The notes below the pieces were generated by a model. That model was not told the DNA's origin. It did no database searches and was given only the letters and a program-made list of their open reading frames with translations. From assembly GCF_006345805.1 (NCBI RefSeq), contig NC_043001.1:30380001-30444000 (forward strand): a DNA stretch of 64,000 nt, read 5' to 3'. The DNA comes from Octopus sinensis (lineage: Eukaryota). Below, one piece after another: positions 35,085 to 45,524 of the stretch (its first letter is position 1; each line of letters starts with the position of its first letter). A program made the translations under genes and the position numbers.

Positions 35085-35642
35085 GGAAAGACTTCCTCCC
35101 GTCCTTCCCCCATTTTCTCGCAATTTTTTTTTTTTGGACAAAAACCCACGTTTTCGGATACAGAGATTCTGGAAAACTGCCAAAAATTGGAATTTTGATT
35201 TTTCTCCCTTACTCCCCACCCCCAATTCTTCATTTCTTTCACTTATTTCCATAAACCTAACCCTAAAACCCAACCCTAACCCTGACTCTAAAACCCTAAC
35301 CCAAAGTTGAAAACATTTTGGAAATTTTTTTTTCAGAATCATAATCTCAGTATTTTTCTGCATATTTTGACAAAAAAAAATTTGTGAAAAAAAAATTTTA
35401 CAAAAATTTTTGGAAATTTTTTTCAGAACCATATTCTCCGTATTTTTTGGCATATTTTAAAAAAAATGTGAAAAAAATTGAAAATGAAGAATTGGGGAGG
35501 GGGAGTTATGTAAAAATGCCGATTTTTGACAATATTTTTGCAGATTCATATTCTCCATAGCCGAAAACAGGGTGGGGTGTAGAAAAAGAATTAAATTTTT
35601 AAAAAAGGGGTGTTTTGGCAGGGTACAAAAGGAAGTTTTGCC
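35085..35642. repeat. A/T-tract-rich MITE-like element with degenerate (CCCTAA)n
   Basis: Weak TIR-like ends GGAAAGACTTCC / GGCAAAACTTCC (reverse complement), telomere-like units at 35253-35302, no TSD seen. Confidence 0.35.
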
Positions 35643-35679
35643 TTTGAAATACAGGTACAACAGAAACAGGAAGAAAGAG

Positions 35680-35860
35680 TGAGAGAAAGTTGTGGTAAAA
35701 GACTAGAGCAGGGTTCACCACCACCCCCTGCCAGGGCCTCGTGGAGCTTCAGGTGTTTTCGCTCAATAAACACTCACAACGCCCGGTCTGGGAATTGAAA
35801 CCGCGATCCTACGACTGCGAGTTTGCTACCCTAACCACTGGGCCATTGTGCCTCCACAGG
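35680..35860 (-). mobile_element. tRNA-derived SINE (sibling of 21791)
   Basis: Reverse complement GGAGGCACAATGGCCCAGTGGTTAGGG...GCGGTTTCAATTCCCAGACCGGGCG. Confidence 0.75.
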
Positions 35861-36604
35861 GGCCGAACAACATCATACACTTCTTTTTTCTTGATATGTA
35901 ACTTAAGGTGACATATGTTTTAGTAATGTCAAGAGCTAAAGCAATATTGGATATATAAACAGCTAGAGACCATACTGTTTCTTTTGTAAGACGTGAAAAA
36001 GAAGCAAATAAGTAAGTTTGAAATTTCATAAAACCATAGTTTCTAATTGAGGTACATGGCTAGCTGTTTTATGGAGAGGGACATAATCAATACCATCAAC
36101 CCTAGTATTAAACTGATACTTTACTTTATCAATCCGGGAGAGATGGAAAAATATTTGAATTTAGAACGTAAAGAAACAGAAGATATACCATAAAGCATGA
36201 CTTTCCGACATCCTAACAATTTTGCCAATACCAAGAATTTAAAGTTTGGTATTTGCATATATCCTTTACTTTTGTCTGTGTGTGTGTATGTGCACACACA
36301 CTCTCTCTCTCACACACACAATAGAAAAATATTAGCTAGAAGCAAGCTACTATGCCTGGTAGTTGTCAACCCAAAGAGGGTTCCACATTTTTTAGTCCAG
36401 TAATTGCTACCTTATCCATAGTTCCCCTTAGCTTGTGAGAGGCATGCATGTCATGTACAGAAGTGCAGTCAGCAAGGTAAGACTTAGCAATAAGTTCAAT
36501 GACAAATCTAGCATGCAGGTAGAAGTCCATCAGAGCTCAATCCTTAGTCTTTTCCTGTTTTTAATAGTCTCCCAAGCTGTAGCAGAGGTATTTAAAACTA
36601 GCAA

Positions 36605-37800
36605 ATCATGAGAACTCCTGTATATTGATGACTTAGTTTTAAGAGCTGAATCTAGAGAAGAATTTCAAACATGGAGGCAAAACCTTGAATTGAAAAATCT
36701 CAAAGTAAACTTAGTGAGGACTGAAGTTTTAGTAAGTAGGAAAGAAGACAGACCCCTGTCACTCAGGGTAATAACTATATTTGATATGCAGGAAAAGAGT
36801 TGAAAGAAATTCTATACTGTGTAACCAGTAAAAACAGTAGACACACAAGTAAGTAGAGAGATCATAAGCATATTGGTAGAGAAGGTAGACTTTAAATGTG
36901 CCAGGTGCACCAGAATAGTTATTAACTGGAGTACACATGTAATATATTTCTTTGAATGCTCAGAACTTTTGTCTCTTAGGTGATGTTTCAAATGCAGAGT
37001 ATAGCAATCAGATTGAAGTACAGACACCAGAATAAAGTATAGTTGCAAGAATAAATATAGTAACCAAAAGTATAGTGGTTAGAACAAGACAAGAAGAAAT
37101 CAAAGAGAGGGCAACATAAGGTTTTTCGCTCAAAGTGAAGGGCATATTGAATGATGCTTGTGTACAATGTTAGATACTGCATGCTAGTGACATGTGAACA
37201 TTAAATGTAGATGAGTTCAAAGAAATCAAATGAACATGCTCTGCCGGTTGCGTAATATTAGTGTGCCTGGCAGAAACGTTAGCACGCCGGGCGAAATGCT
37301 TAGCGGTATTTCGTCTGCCATTACGTTCTGCGTTCAAATTCCGCCGAGGTCGACTTTGCCTTTCATCCTTTCGGGGTCGATTAAATAAGTACCAGTTACG
37401 CACTGGAGTCGATGTAATCGACTTAATCCGTTTGTCCCCTCTGTGTGTAGCCCCTTGTGAGTAGTAAAGAAATAGGTATTTTGTCTGCCGCTACGTTCTG
37501 AGTTCAAATTCCGTCGAGGTCGACTTTGCCTTTCATCCTTTCGGAGTCGATAAACTAAGTACCAGTTGCGTACTGAGTCGATCTAATCGACTTCCCCGTC
37601 CCCAAAATTTCGGGCTTTGAGCCTAGAGTAGAAAAAAATATTAGTGTGCCTGAATGACAAAGCTCATTAGGGAACAGTTGTATATAAGATTCAGATGTGG
37701 TGAGTATGAGAGAAGACAGCTGGTATGAGTTTGAAATGTGTCTAGAGAAATGTTGAGCATGTGAAGTGGATAGAACATATAGAAAGACATCTAAAAATCG
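36605..37800 (+). mobile_element. Fragmented RTE LINE (RT core to C-terminus) interrupted by SINE dimer
   Basis: ELLYIDDLVLRAES (YADD motif)...QTWRQNLELKNLKVNL, a CxxC remnant KVDFKCARC, and an IRCG...WY remnant after 37680. Confidence 0.75.
37270..37636 (+). mobile_element. Head-to-tail dimer of family B SINEs inserted as one unit
   Basis: One 16-bp TSD AATATTAGTGTGCCTG (37254-37269, 37637-37652) encloses both monomers. Confidence 0.85.
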
Positions 37801-38495
37801 ACAGAAAAGTATTTAGCTCTGCACGTTATTACTTTGGTTAAATGCAGGAAATTACAAAACATGATACAAAGAATATGTAGGATTTTAAAAATGTCTTTGA
37901 CACTATTGATTTATAAAATATTTATTCAAAGGAATTCTTAAAAAAACCCCAATAATATAACTTACAAAAATCGAAGTTTTCTATGGCTTTTTTCAGTCCA
38001 TGGAAGAGCTTCATTCACAATTTAGTGATTATTTTTTTGTTTTCATCATGAACGACTATAATACGTAGTCATAACAACCATTATGGGCGTTAATCACCAG
38101 TTATTTGCTTTCAAATGTCAAAGCGACAAGTTGCAATGATTTACAGGGAAAATTCCAAAAATGCAGCTATTTGTTAAAAGATAACCCTAATTTCAGATTA
38201 GTGCGTTCTCCCCACCTCCCCACAAAATATCAGTTATCTTAAAACGATTTCGATTTTCTTCGCTAATTGACGGTGTCACTTGCGATTTATTCCCGCCACA
38301 GCTGGAATTCATGTAAATTTATGATCGAATTAGATTATTTAGCAAGTTGATTATTAAACTGTGTTTTATGTGTTATAAATAAAGACATTGTATTTTGTAT
38401 TAGATTATTTGTAGTCTTTTTTTAATTGTCATGTAAACACGGCGTTTCGTCCGACCCAAAAAGTTTTTAATTTTCAGAATATGTCTCCGTCCGAA

Positions 38496-38541
38496 GTTTG
38501 TCCGATCATAGAAGCAACATCAAGCCTGGTTAGTACTTAGG
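38496..38541 (+). pseudogene. Degenerate 5S rRNA internal fragment
   Basis: GTCCGATCATAGAAGCAACATCAAGCCTGGTTAGTACTTAGG aligns to the metazoan 5S GTCCGATCACCGAAGTTAAGCAAC.TC..GCC.GGTTAGTACTTGG; both ends are missing. Confidence 0.6.
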
Positions 38542-38867
38542 AAATACAATACCCGCGTGAACTTATTTTCTGCTCCTACCTTAGAAAGAAGAGAAGTTGG
38601 ACCAATATTTATAAGTGGCTAAATAAAATAAACTTGTGTACTCTTTTTGTCAATGTAAACCGTCACAGGTTTCCACGGACTTGCTTCGTCCCACCCCACT
38701 TTTAATCCTAAGAAATGATTTATTCTTATTTACAGAGTCCCGGAGGCAAGAAAAGTTAAGGGTCGACAGGAAAATTACACAGTAACAAATAAGCGTCGAA
38801 GGTGTTATGTGGTCGCTAGATTTGTTAGGAAAATCTCACTCCATTCACGCTATAATATCCTTTTTAA

Positions 38868-39086
38868 CCCTTTCATTACCAATCCGGCTGAAACCGGCTC
38901 TGGCTCTGAGTACAAATGTCTTGTTTTCATAAGTTTGTAATTGAAATCTCCCACCAAACCTTAGTCACAATTTATGTTCCTAACACTAGCTTAATGATAA
39001 CTAAGTTATTTTATTAAATTCTTTGTTAAATTTAAAGTAATTGAATGAAACAGAACATCTCAAAATAAATATAGTAACAAAAAGGC
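38868..39086. mobile_element. piggyBac-like MITE, inverted sibling of 21009
   Basis: TTAA|CCCTTTCATTACC left end; right end degenerate; internal sequence is the reverse complement of 21009-21229. Confidence 0.75.
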
Positions 39087-39654
39087 GTTTTTTCGAATTT
39101 ACATGAAAAGAGGGGTGGATATGCAGGATTTACATTATACCTGAGTAAAAGAGGGGTGGATACGCAGCTAGAATACTTTCGATCTTACCTCTGCCCTATT
39201 AGAGTTGACTTGGAGTTAATCAATTTTAACAGGGCGAATTTTTACTATTAGATAACAAGGGTTGGATGGTTTTACCAGCTTATTGCTATACGATACCCAC
39301 CCCATAAAGTGAGCATTGGGCAGTCAGGCTATCCGCGATGTTTCAAACAAATCTTTTTTACAAGCTAACGTGAAAGGTTCTACATGTAGTGGTCTTTCGA
39401 GCGGCTAGAAATAGCAGCCAACTCTTTCTCTGAGCATACCCTTATTGAATGAAAAAATATATATAGTGATCTTATGCTGGCGGCATTTTAATTTTGCTGT
39501 TGTCACATGTGTTATCTTAACCAATGAGAAATCTCAGCTCACAGACCAATGACACACTTTTCTTTTTGCTGGATCAGCAAAATCACGTGGTCATTTTAGA
39601 TTCACCGACGTCACTGGCGTTATTTTAGATAATCAGACATTCTAACCAAAAATA

Positions 39655-39790
39655 TATATTTCTTTACTACCCACAAGGGGCTAAACATAGAGGGGACAAA
39701 GGGATTAAGTCGATTACATCGACCTCAGTGCGAAACTGGTACTTTATTTATCGACCCCGGAAGGATGAAAGGAAAAGTCGACCTCGATAA
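39655..39790 (-). mobile_element. Partial family B SINE
   Basis: Reverse complement of the B 3' half. Confidence 0.75.
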
Positions 39791-40946
39791 CTGATAGCCT
39801 TGCAGAGTTGTTTTGACAGTTTAATGCAAGTGGTTGCAGAGTTTTTTCTTTTAGACATTTTCACAAACATCCGATTTACGTAAACTTTTCCCTCGTTGGA
39901 AATTAACATTTGAAATTTCCTATGCCTCAATTCTGTCGTAGTTTAAATGGAATTGTCAAACCACATGCTGTGTAATTATTACTGGATTTTTAAAACAACA
40001 TCCATTAAGATTTAATTTTGTCTAAATTTAGGAAATCAAAAGACAAATTATCTACAACCAAGTTTTGTCAGTTTCTTAAAAATACTTTAAAATACAGACT
40101 AGATCACGTGTCCATTTGCCGCTAAATTGTTGCGTTTTAAAGCCAGCTTTTTATTGAAAAAAATGGTTTTCAGTTTGCTTCTGACAACGAAGTTGATAGT
40201 AGATTCAGTGGCTCAACAGATGTTGAATGGATTTTAACATGAAGATCTTTATATTAATGGGGGGAAAAGTATTTGAGTTGGCGTGACAGAGAAATGATAA
40301 GTTGGAAAAAATAGCGGTCCCTTTAAGAATACCATCTTTTATTACAGTATATGCCATGCAAATGTTTCGCAGTCCAGGAAGATAAAATGTTGAATGCGTT
40401 ACTCGAAGCAAAAGAGATGCGCTGAAATAACAATTTCACGTTGCAAGGCTCAATCTCTAAGATGCTCAGGACTCCAAACGTTTCCACCGCTACATATTGC
40501 CACTGGAGAAGGTACCAACGTATGTCGCATTGCAACGAGAAGTTTGTGATGCTGTCCGGTATTTTACGTCTTTTGTAACCCAGCTACCAACAATTATCCT
40601 CAGCCCGAACATATATTTCTTTCGTCTTTTACCATTGCAATAAGGAAAGCATCACGCTGACTGGTCGATTGATAGACAGATCACGTGAAACTATGGTGAT
40701 TCACTCGTGGTGTTTGACCGAGTATCTAGTAGTTAGGTTTCCAAACACTGCTAGTGGGATAAATAATGTACAGAGTATCAAGGATCACTTTATATAATGA
40801 GGCAGTCTTTTTAAGAGAGGAAAATATCATTTGTAGGTAGCCTCCTGTTTGGCTCATAAGCACACTCATTCTCTAAAAACAGTAGGTAGATTTCTAAAGA
40901 GGATCTGTTTCAGTAAATCTCATATGGTTCATCACTGTATAATATA

Positions 40947-41172
40947 TATTTCTTTACTACCCACAAGGGGCTAAACACAGAGGGGACAAACAAGGACAGA
41001 CAAAGGGATTAAGTCGATTACATCAACCCCAGTGCGTAACTGGTACTTAATTTATTGACCCCGGAAGGATGAAAGGCAAAGTCGATCTCGGCGGAATTTG
41101 AACTCGGAACGTAACGACAGACGAAATACGGCTACGCATTTCGCCCGGCGTGCTAACGTTTCTGCCAGCTCG
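40947..41172 (-). mobile_element. Full-length family B SINE with TSD
   Basis: Flanked by GTATAATATA (40937-40946, 41173-41182). Confidence 0.9.
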
Positions 41173-41894
41173 GTATAATATAACCGGAATAACAGCTCTG
41201 TGGATCACACCAAGCAGTTCAGCTACCGATCTATTGATTTGTGAATTTATATAAGACAACTGTTATATGCGGGAAAATTGGCTATTTGCTGAGTCTAACA
41301 CACCGCTAGAAAGAGCAGGTTGCCTGCCTTTACTCAAGAACAGGGTATGGCGAGGGAAGTTGAGTAGTGGACATGGTTGAAAGATTTGAGGATAGCTTTT
41401 CATTGTAAATCAAACTCTCAATTGCTTCAAGTCCTGCTCCAGGGTAAGAAGGCAACTGCTGTCATTCAGTGAATTTACTGAAAGATGTATGAAAGTGATA
41501 AAAATAGCCCGTGTGATTGGCCAACTTCCAGCTTATACCTGAACGTGGGGGAAACCAGCTGGGATAGAGCCCTTGACCTTGGTATTCAGGTTAATTTTGA
41601 ATCTGTGTGTTCTTGGTTTGGCCGTAAGTGTCCGTACTTAATTCGTTTTATATACTCTTGTTCTTCAAGTTTTTTATTTTTTCATTAGCAATTCTATAAA
41701 AATCGATGATAATTTGCAATAGATAAGAGAGCAAATGAAAGTACAAGATATATTTAAACATACTGAGAAACTGGAGACAGGATAGGGATGTGAACAGAAC
41801 AAATGATAAGTTATGAACAAAGCAGTGTATATAATGGACACGAGAGAGAGAGAGAGGAGGGAGGCTCACGCAGTCGGGGAAGGTGAAAGACAAG

Positions 41895-42420
41895 ATCATC
41901 ATCATCATCATCTTTTAACGTCTGTTTTCCATGCTAGCATGGGTTGGACGATTTGACTGAGGGTTGGCGAACCAGATGGCTGCACCAGGCTCCAATCTTG
42001 ATTTGGCAGAGTTTCTACAGCTGGATGCCCTTCCTAACGCCAACCACTCCGAAAATGTAGTGGGTGCTTTTACGTGCCACCGGCGCGGGGGCCAGCCAGG
42101 CGGTACTGGCAACGACCTCGCTCGAATCTTTTTACACAGGTGCCAGTAAGACGATGCTGGTAACGATCACGCTCAGATGGTGCCTTTTACGTGCCACCGG
42201 CACAGAAGCCAGTTAGCTGCGCTGGCAACGATCACATTCGGATGGTGCTCTTAGCACCCTACTAGCATGGGGCTCGAGTGCCAGTAAAGCGACGCTGGTA
42301 ACGATCACACTCGAATGGTGCCTTTCATGTGTCACTGGCACGGAAGCCAGTTAGCCACTCTGTCAACGATCACACTCGTATGGTGCTCTTTGCACCCCGC
42401 TAGCACGGATGCCATTCATC
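41895..42420 (-). mobile_element. RTE 3'UTR copy with 4-5 internal tandem subrepeats
   Basis: (CAT)n tail, common UTR, then repeated GGCAACGATCAC..TC.GATGGTGC units. Confidence 0.8.
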
Positions 42421-42779
42421 GAGAGATGAAATCAATAAGTTTTTCGGCTTACGTGGAAGAAATGTTGGATTTAAACATAAATTAAACAAGCAAGCCCTTA
42501 AGGCCACACAATCTATGGGAATCTGAAAATAATTAAATGTATCTACGTTTTCAATTTTTGTGAGATCTTCTGGTTTAATTTTGTAAGCTTTAAATAGATT
42601 AAGGGTTCGCCCAATCTAAATTAGGCATTGGGCACAGGATAGGACACCAGTGTGGAGTGCTCTTCGCATTGCAAAGGGCAGATTATAGCCGAATATTATT
42701 ATTAAAACAATCTCGCCGAGAGTGACTTTGAATTTTATCCCTCCAGGGTGGATAAAATGCCAGTCAAAAATTGGGATAG

Positions 42780-42910
42780 AAGGTATTATGTCAGGTATTT
42801 TTCAATGTCGTTGTTATTATTATTATTATTATTATTCAGGTCTCTGCCTGGAATCGAACTCGGAATCTTGGGTTTAGTAGCCTGCGCTCTTAACCACTAC
42901 GCCATATGCC
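42780..42910 (-). mobile_element. Short tRNA-derived SINE
   Basis: Reverse complement GGGCATATGGCGTAGTGGTTAAGAGCGCAGG...GAGTTCGATTCCAGGCAG then (AAT)n; no acceptor-stem pairing. Confidence 0.75.
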
Positions 42911-42964
42911 CACGGTCATATGAATAAGCATTTTATGTTTCTTTGTTTTCTGGAAACTCGTCGC

Positions 42965-43010
42965 GTACCAGCAGCTGATGGTTCACGGACCACCACTTTG
43001 AGTAGCACTG
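42965..43010 (-). mobile_element. hAT (Charlie/MER5-like) terminal fragment
   Basis: Reverse complement CAGTGCTACTCAAAGTGGTGGTCC resembles CAGTGxTxCTCAAAGTGTGGTCC hAT termini. Confidence 0.55.
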
Positions 43011-43064
43011 ATGATAACACTTCCAGTCAGTTGAGATCACAAGCCATGAGAGTTATTATTATTA

Positions 43065-43527
43065 TCAATAATATTAATATGCTAACTTTTTTGTTTTTGT
43101 ACGAACCTGATGTGTGCATCACACTTCAAAGAAGTAGCAAAGCGAGGGAGAGGAAGTAAGAGAGTGTGAGAGAGAGAAAGAGAGGGAGTGAGAGACAGAG
43201 TGAAAGTGACAGCGTGAGTTTTGTGTTTTTAAATGTTTATCAGATCGCAAGAGAAGTAGATACACATATACATTGTTAAATCAAAAGTGGGAGAGAAATG
43301 GACACAAAGTGTAAGAGAAAATGAGAAAGACAGTTCATACATAGATACATAGACACAGCAAATATTGGATGTCAATTTCACTTTTCATTACCACACGAAG
43401 ATAAAATTAACTCACAAATGGCTGAGTACTCCACAGACATGCATTAATGTTGTTCTCAGGGAGATTCAGCCTCACAGAATATGACAAGGCTGGCCCCTTT
43501 GAATTACAGCTACAACTCGATACATAT

Positions 43528-43599
<72 letters not shown>

Positions 43600-44085
43600 G
43601 TATTTGTGTGTGTGTGTATAGTTTAGGTTAGTTAAAACATGCTTACAATAATAAGTGTTGCGTGGTGGAAACAAACGCAATTACCAATCTTTCCTTCATA
43701 AATTAATTAATTATTTCGCTGTCGATGTTGGTGCGTTTACGTCCCTGTCATTTAGCTGTTCAACAGAAGAGACTGATAGAATAAGCTCCAGGGGTCATTT
43801 TCTTCGACTAAAGGGTAGTGCTCCAGTATGGACACTGTCAAATGACTGAAACAAGTAAAAGAATAAAAAAATACCAGAAAAACATTCCGTACCACTAAAC
43901 AAAGAAGGTTCTTTGAATATGTACGATGTATTTTAAGGTTAAATTGTATTTTTGTGTAACTGATATTTTGGTTGGATTGTATAGTCATTGGTGTTACATT
44001 ACTTTCTATATTCTGTAACTGTCATAATATACTTTTCTAGGCTTGAAATTTTTGTGGGGAGGGGGTCAGTTGATTAGATCGACCT
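43065..44085 (-). repeat. Right arm of inverted segmental duplication (partner 33310-34810)
   Basis: See left arm. Carries its own D-type SINE fragment at ~43720-43870. Confidence 0.9.
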
Positions 44086-44889
44086 AGTAAGATTTTTTTC
44101 GGGTCGAGTAGCCCATCCCGCTCAAAAGGTCCCTGAATAAGGATTGTTTAAGGATGTTGAACAAAACACCCATGTTTCCAAAGATGAATTATCCAAAGCC
44201 CAAAGAATTTCTCTCAACACATGGCTATGATGCTCCCTCACTACTTCTGCTCGTGATGAGAGATGCACATATCGACAACCACCAAGGGACGTGCTCAACT
44301 GGTTAAAGTCAAACAACTGAAAAGCAAATGTGTGTTATTGAGCAGAATATTTGCTGTAGCCCATCTTTTATACCAACACAAAACAATGTACATGATAACA
44401 TTTCTAATCAGTTAAGATCAGAAGCCATGTGAGCCACTGTCTGTTACTGCATCAGGGCATTTATTATTATTATTCATCCTGTCCCATTCATCCGTCTTGT
44501 TTTAAGACGATAATGTATAATTCGTGGGTGCTTTGTCTGCGATTGCATAGAAGTCCCTTCGTTAATATAGTTAAACCCATGCCTTGTTCAAATATAAATG
44601 CAAGGGAAAAATCATTTGATTGAATAAAATGTTAATTTGCTGATGAATTCATGGATGTTTCGAGTCATACGTCTTAATAATATTTTGATGATTACTGTTG
44701 TTTAATCCTAGGTGAGGCTTAATTGAGTAAGCCAATGTATCAAAGACGGGCTAGTCATAATATGGTTTTATTTTAAAAAACGACAGGTGAAATTGAGAGA
44801 GTTGTAACTGCTCTTTCTCACAGTTAGATGGATTTATTATTTTTGTTCACACCATTCGATTTATTACAGTTTCTCTTCTCCCCGACTCT

Positions 44890-45335
44890 TTCGGGCACCC
44901 ATGTACATTAACGCGGATAGTGTAGTGGAAAAGGTAATACCAGGGAAATCACTTTTGAGCGTGCGAGTCACGTGATAGCAGTGCACCGTACAGAATCAAA
45001 ACAGCAGCAGCCGCTACATTACGCTCGTAGCAACGATGTAAATAACTCGAGCTGCTATGACATCAAAATGGTGTTACATCTTTCTTTCCAACAAAGTAAT
45101 AAAAAGAAAAAAAACACACACACACTAAGAGATGTATAATAGAAGAAGTGATTTAAAACAGAAACTGCTGTTGCATATATGAAGTGGAAAAGGAAAAAAA
45201 AAAAAATTGTTTATATTTTAACCAAGAAATTAGCCATAGCTACAGGTTGGATTTGCCGTCCCCTTTCCTTCAGACAAAAAAAAAAAGTTATTATTTTATA
45301 TTGGAAAAGATAGTCTCACTTTCTCCCAACTTGTG
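44890..45335 (+). promoter_or_regulatory. Putative CWH43 promoter/5'UTR
   Basis: Locally CpG-rich, repeat-free sequence upstream of exon 1, with GTCACGTGAT at 44967-44976. Confidence 0.5.
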
Positions 45336-45435
45336 ATGAAGTCGAATGAAAAAAATAATTCTCAGATGAATCCTAGTTGCTGTTGCTACGATGGCGTTAG
45401 CCGTTGGCGACAGCTTCTTTGGTACACCTTGCACG
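45336..45435 (+). CDS. CWH43: PGAP2-interacting protein / CWH43, coding exon 1
   Basis: ...VSRWRQLLWYTLH-G aligns with human SLWREILLESLL-G (from memory). Donor CACG|GTAAAT in phase 1 fits exon 2. A second in-frame ATG is at 45366. Confidence 0.8.
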
Positions 45436-45491
45436 GTAAATACTACTCTATTTCGATATATATACATACATACATGCATGCAAATATATAT

Positions 45492-45524
<33 letters not shown>

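Noticed and set aside
21791-42910. tRNA-like sequences at 21791, 35790-35860 and 42835-42910
   Set aside because: They have A/B boxes but no acceptor-stem pairing and continue into shared repeat bodies, so they are SINE heads, not tRNA genes.
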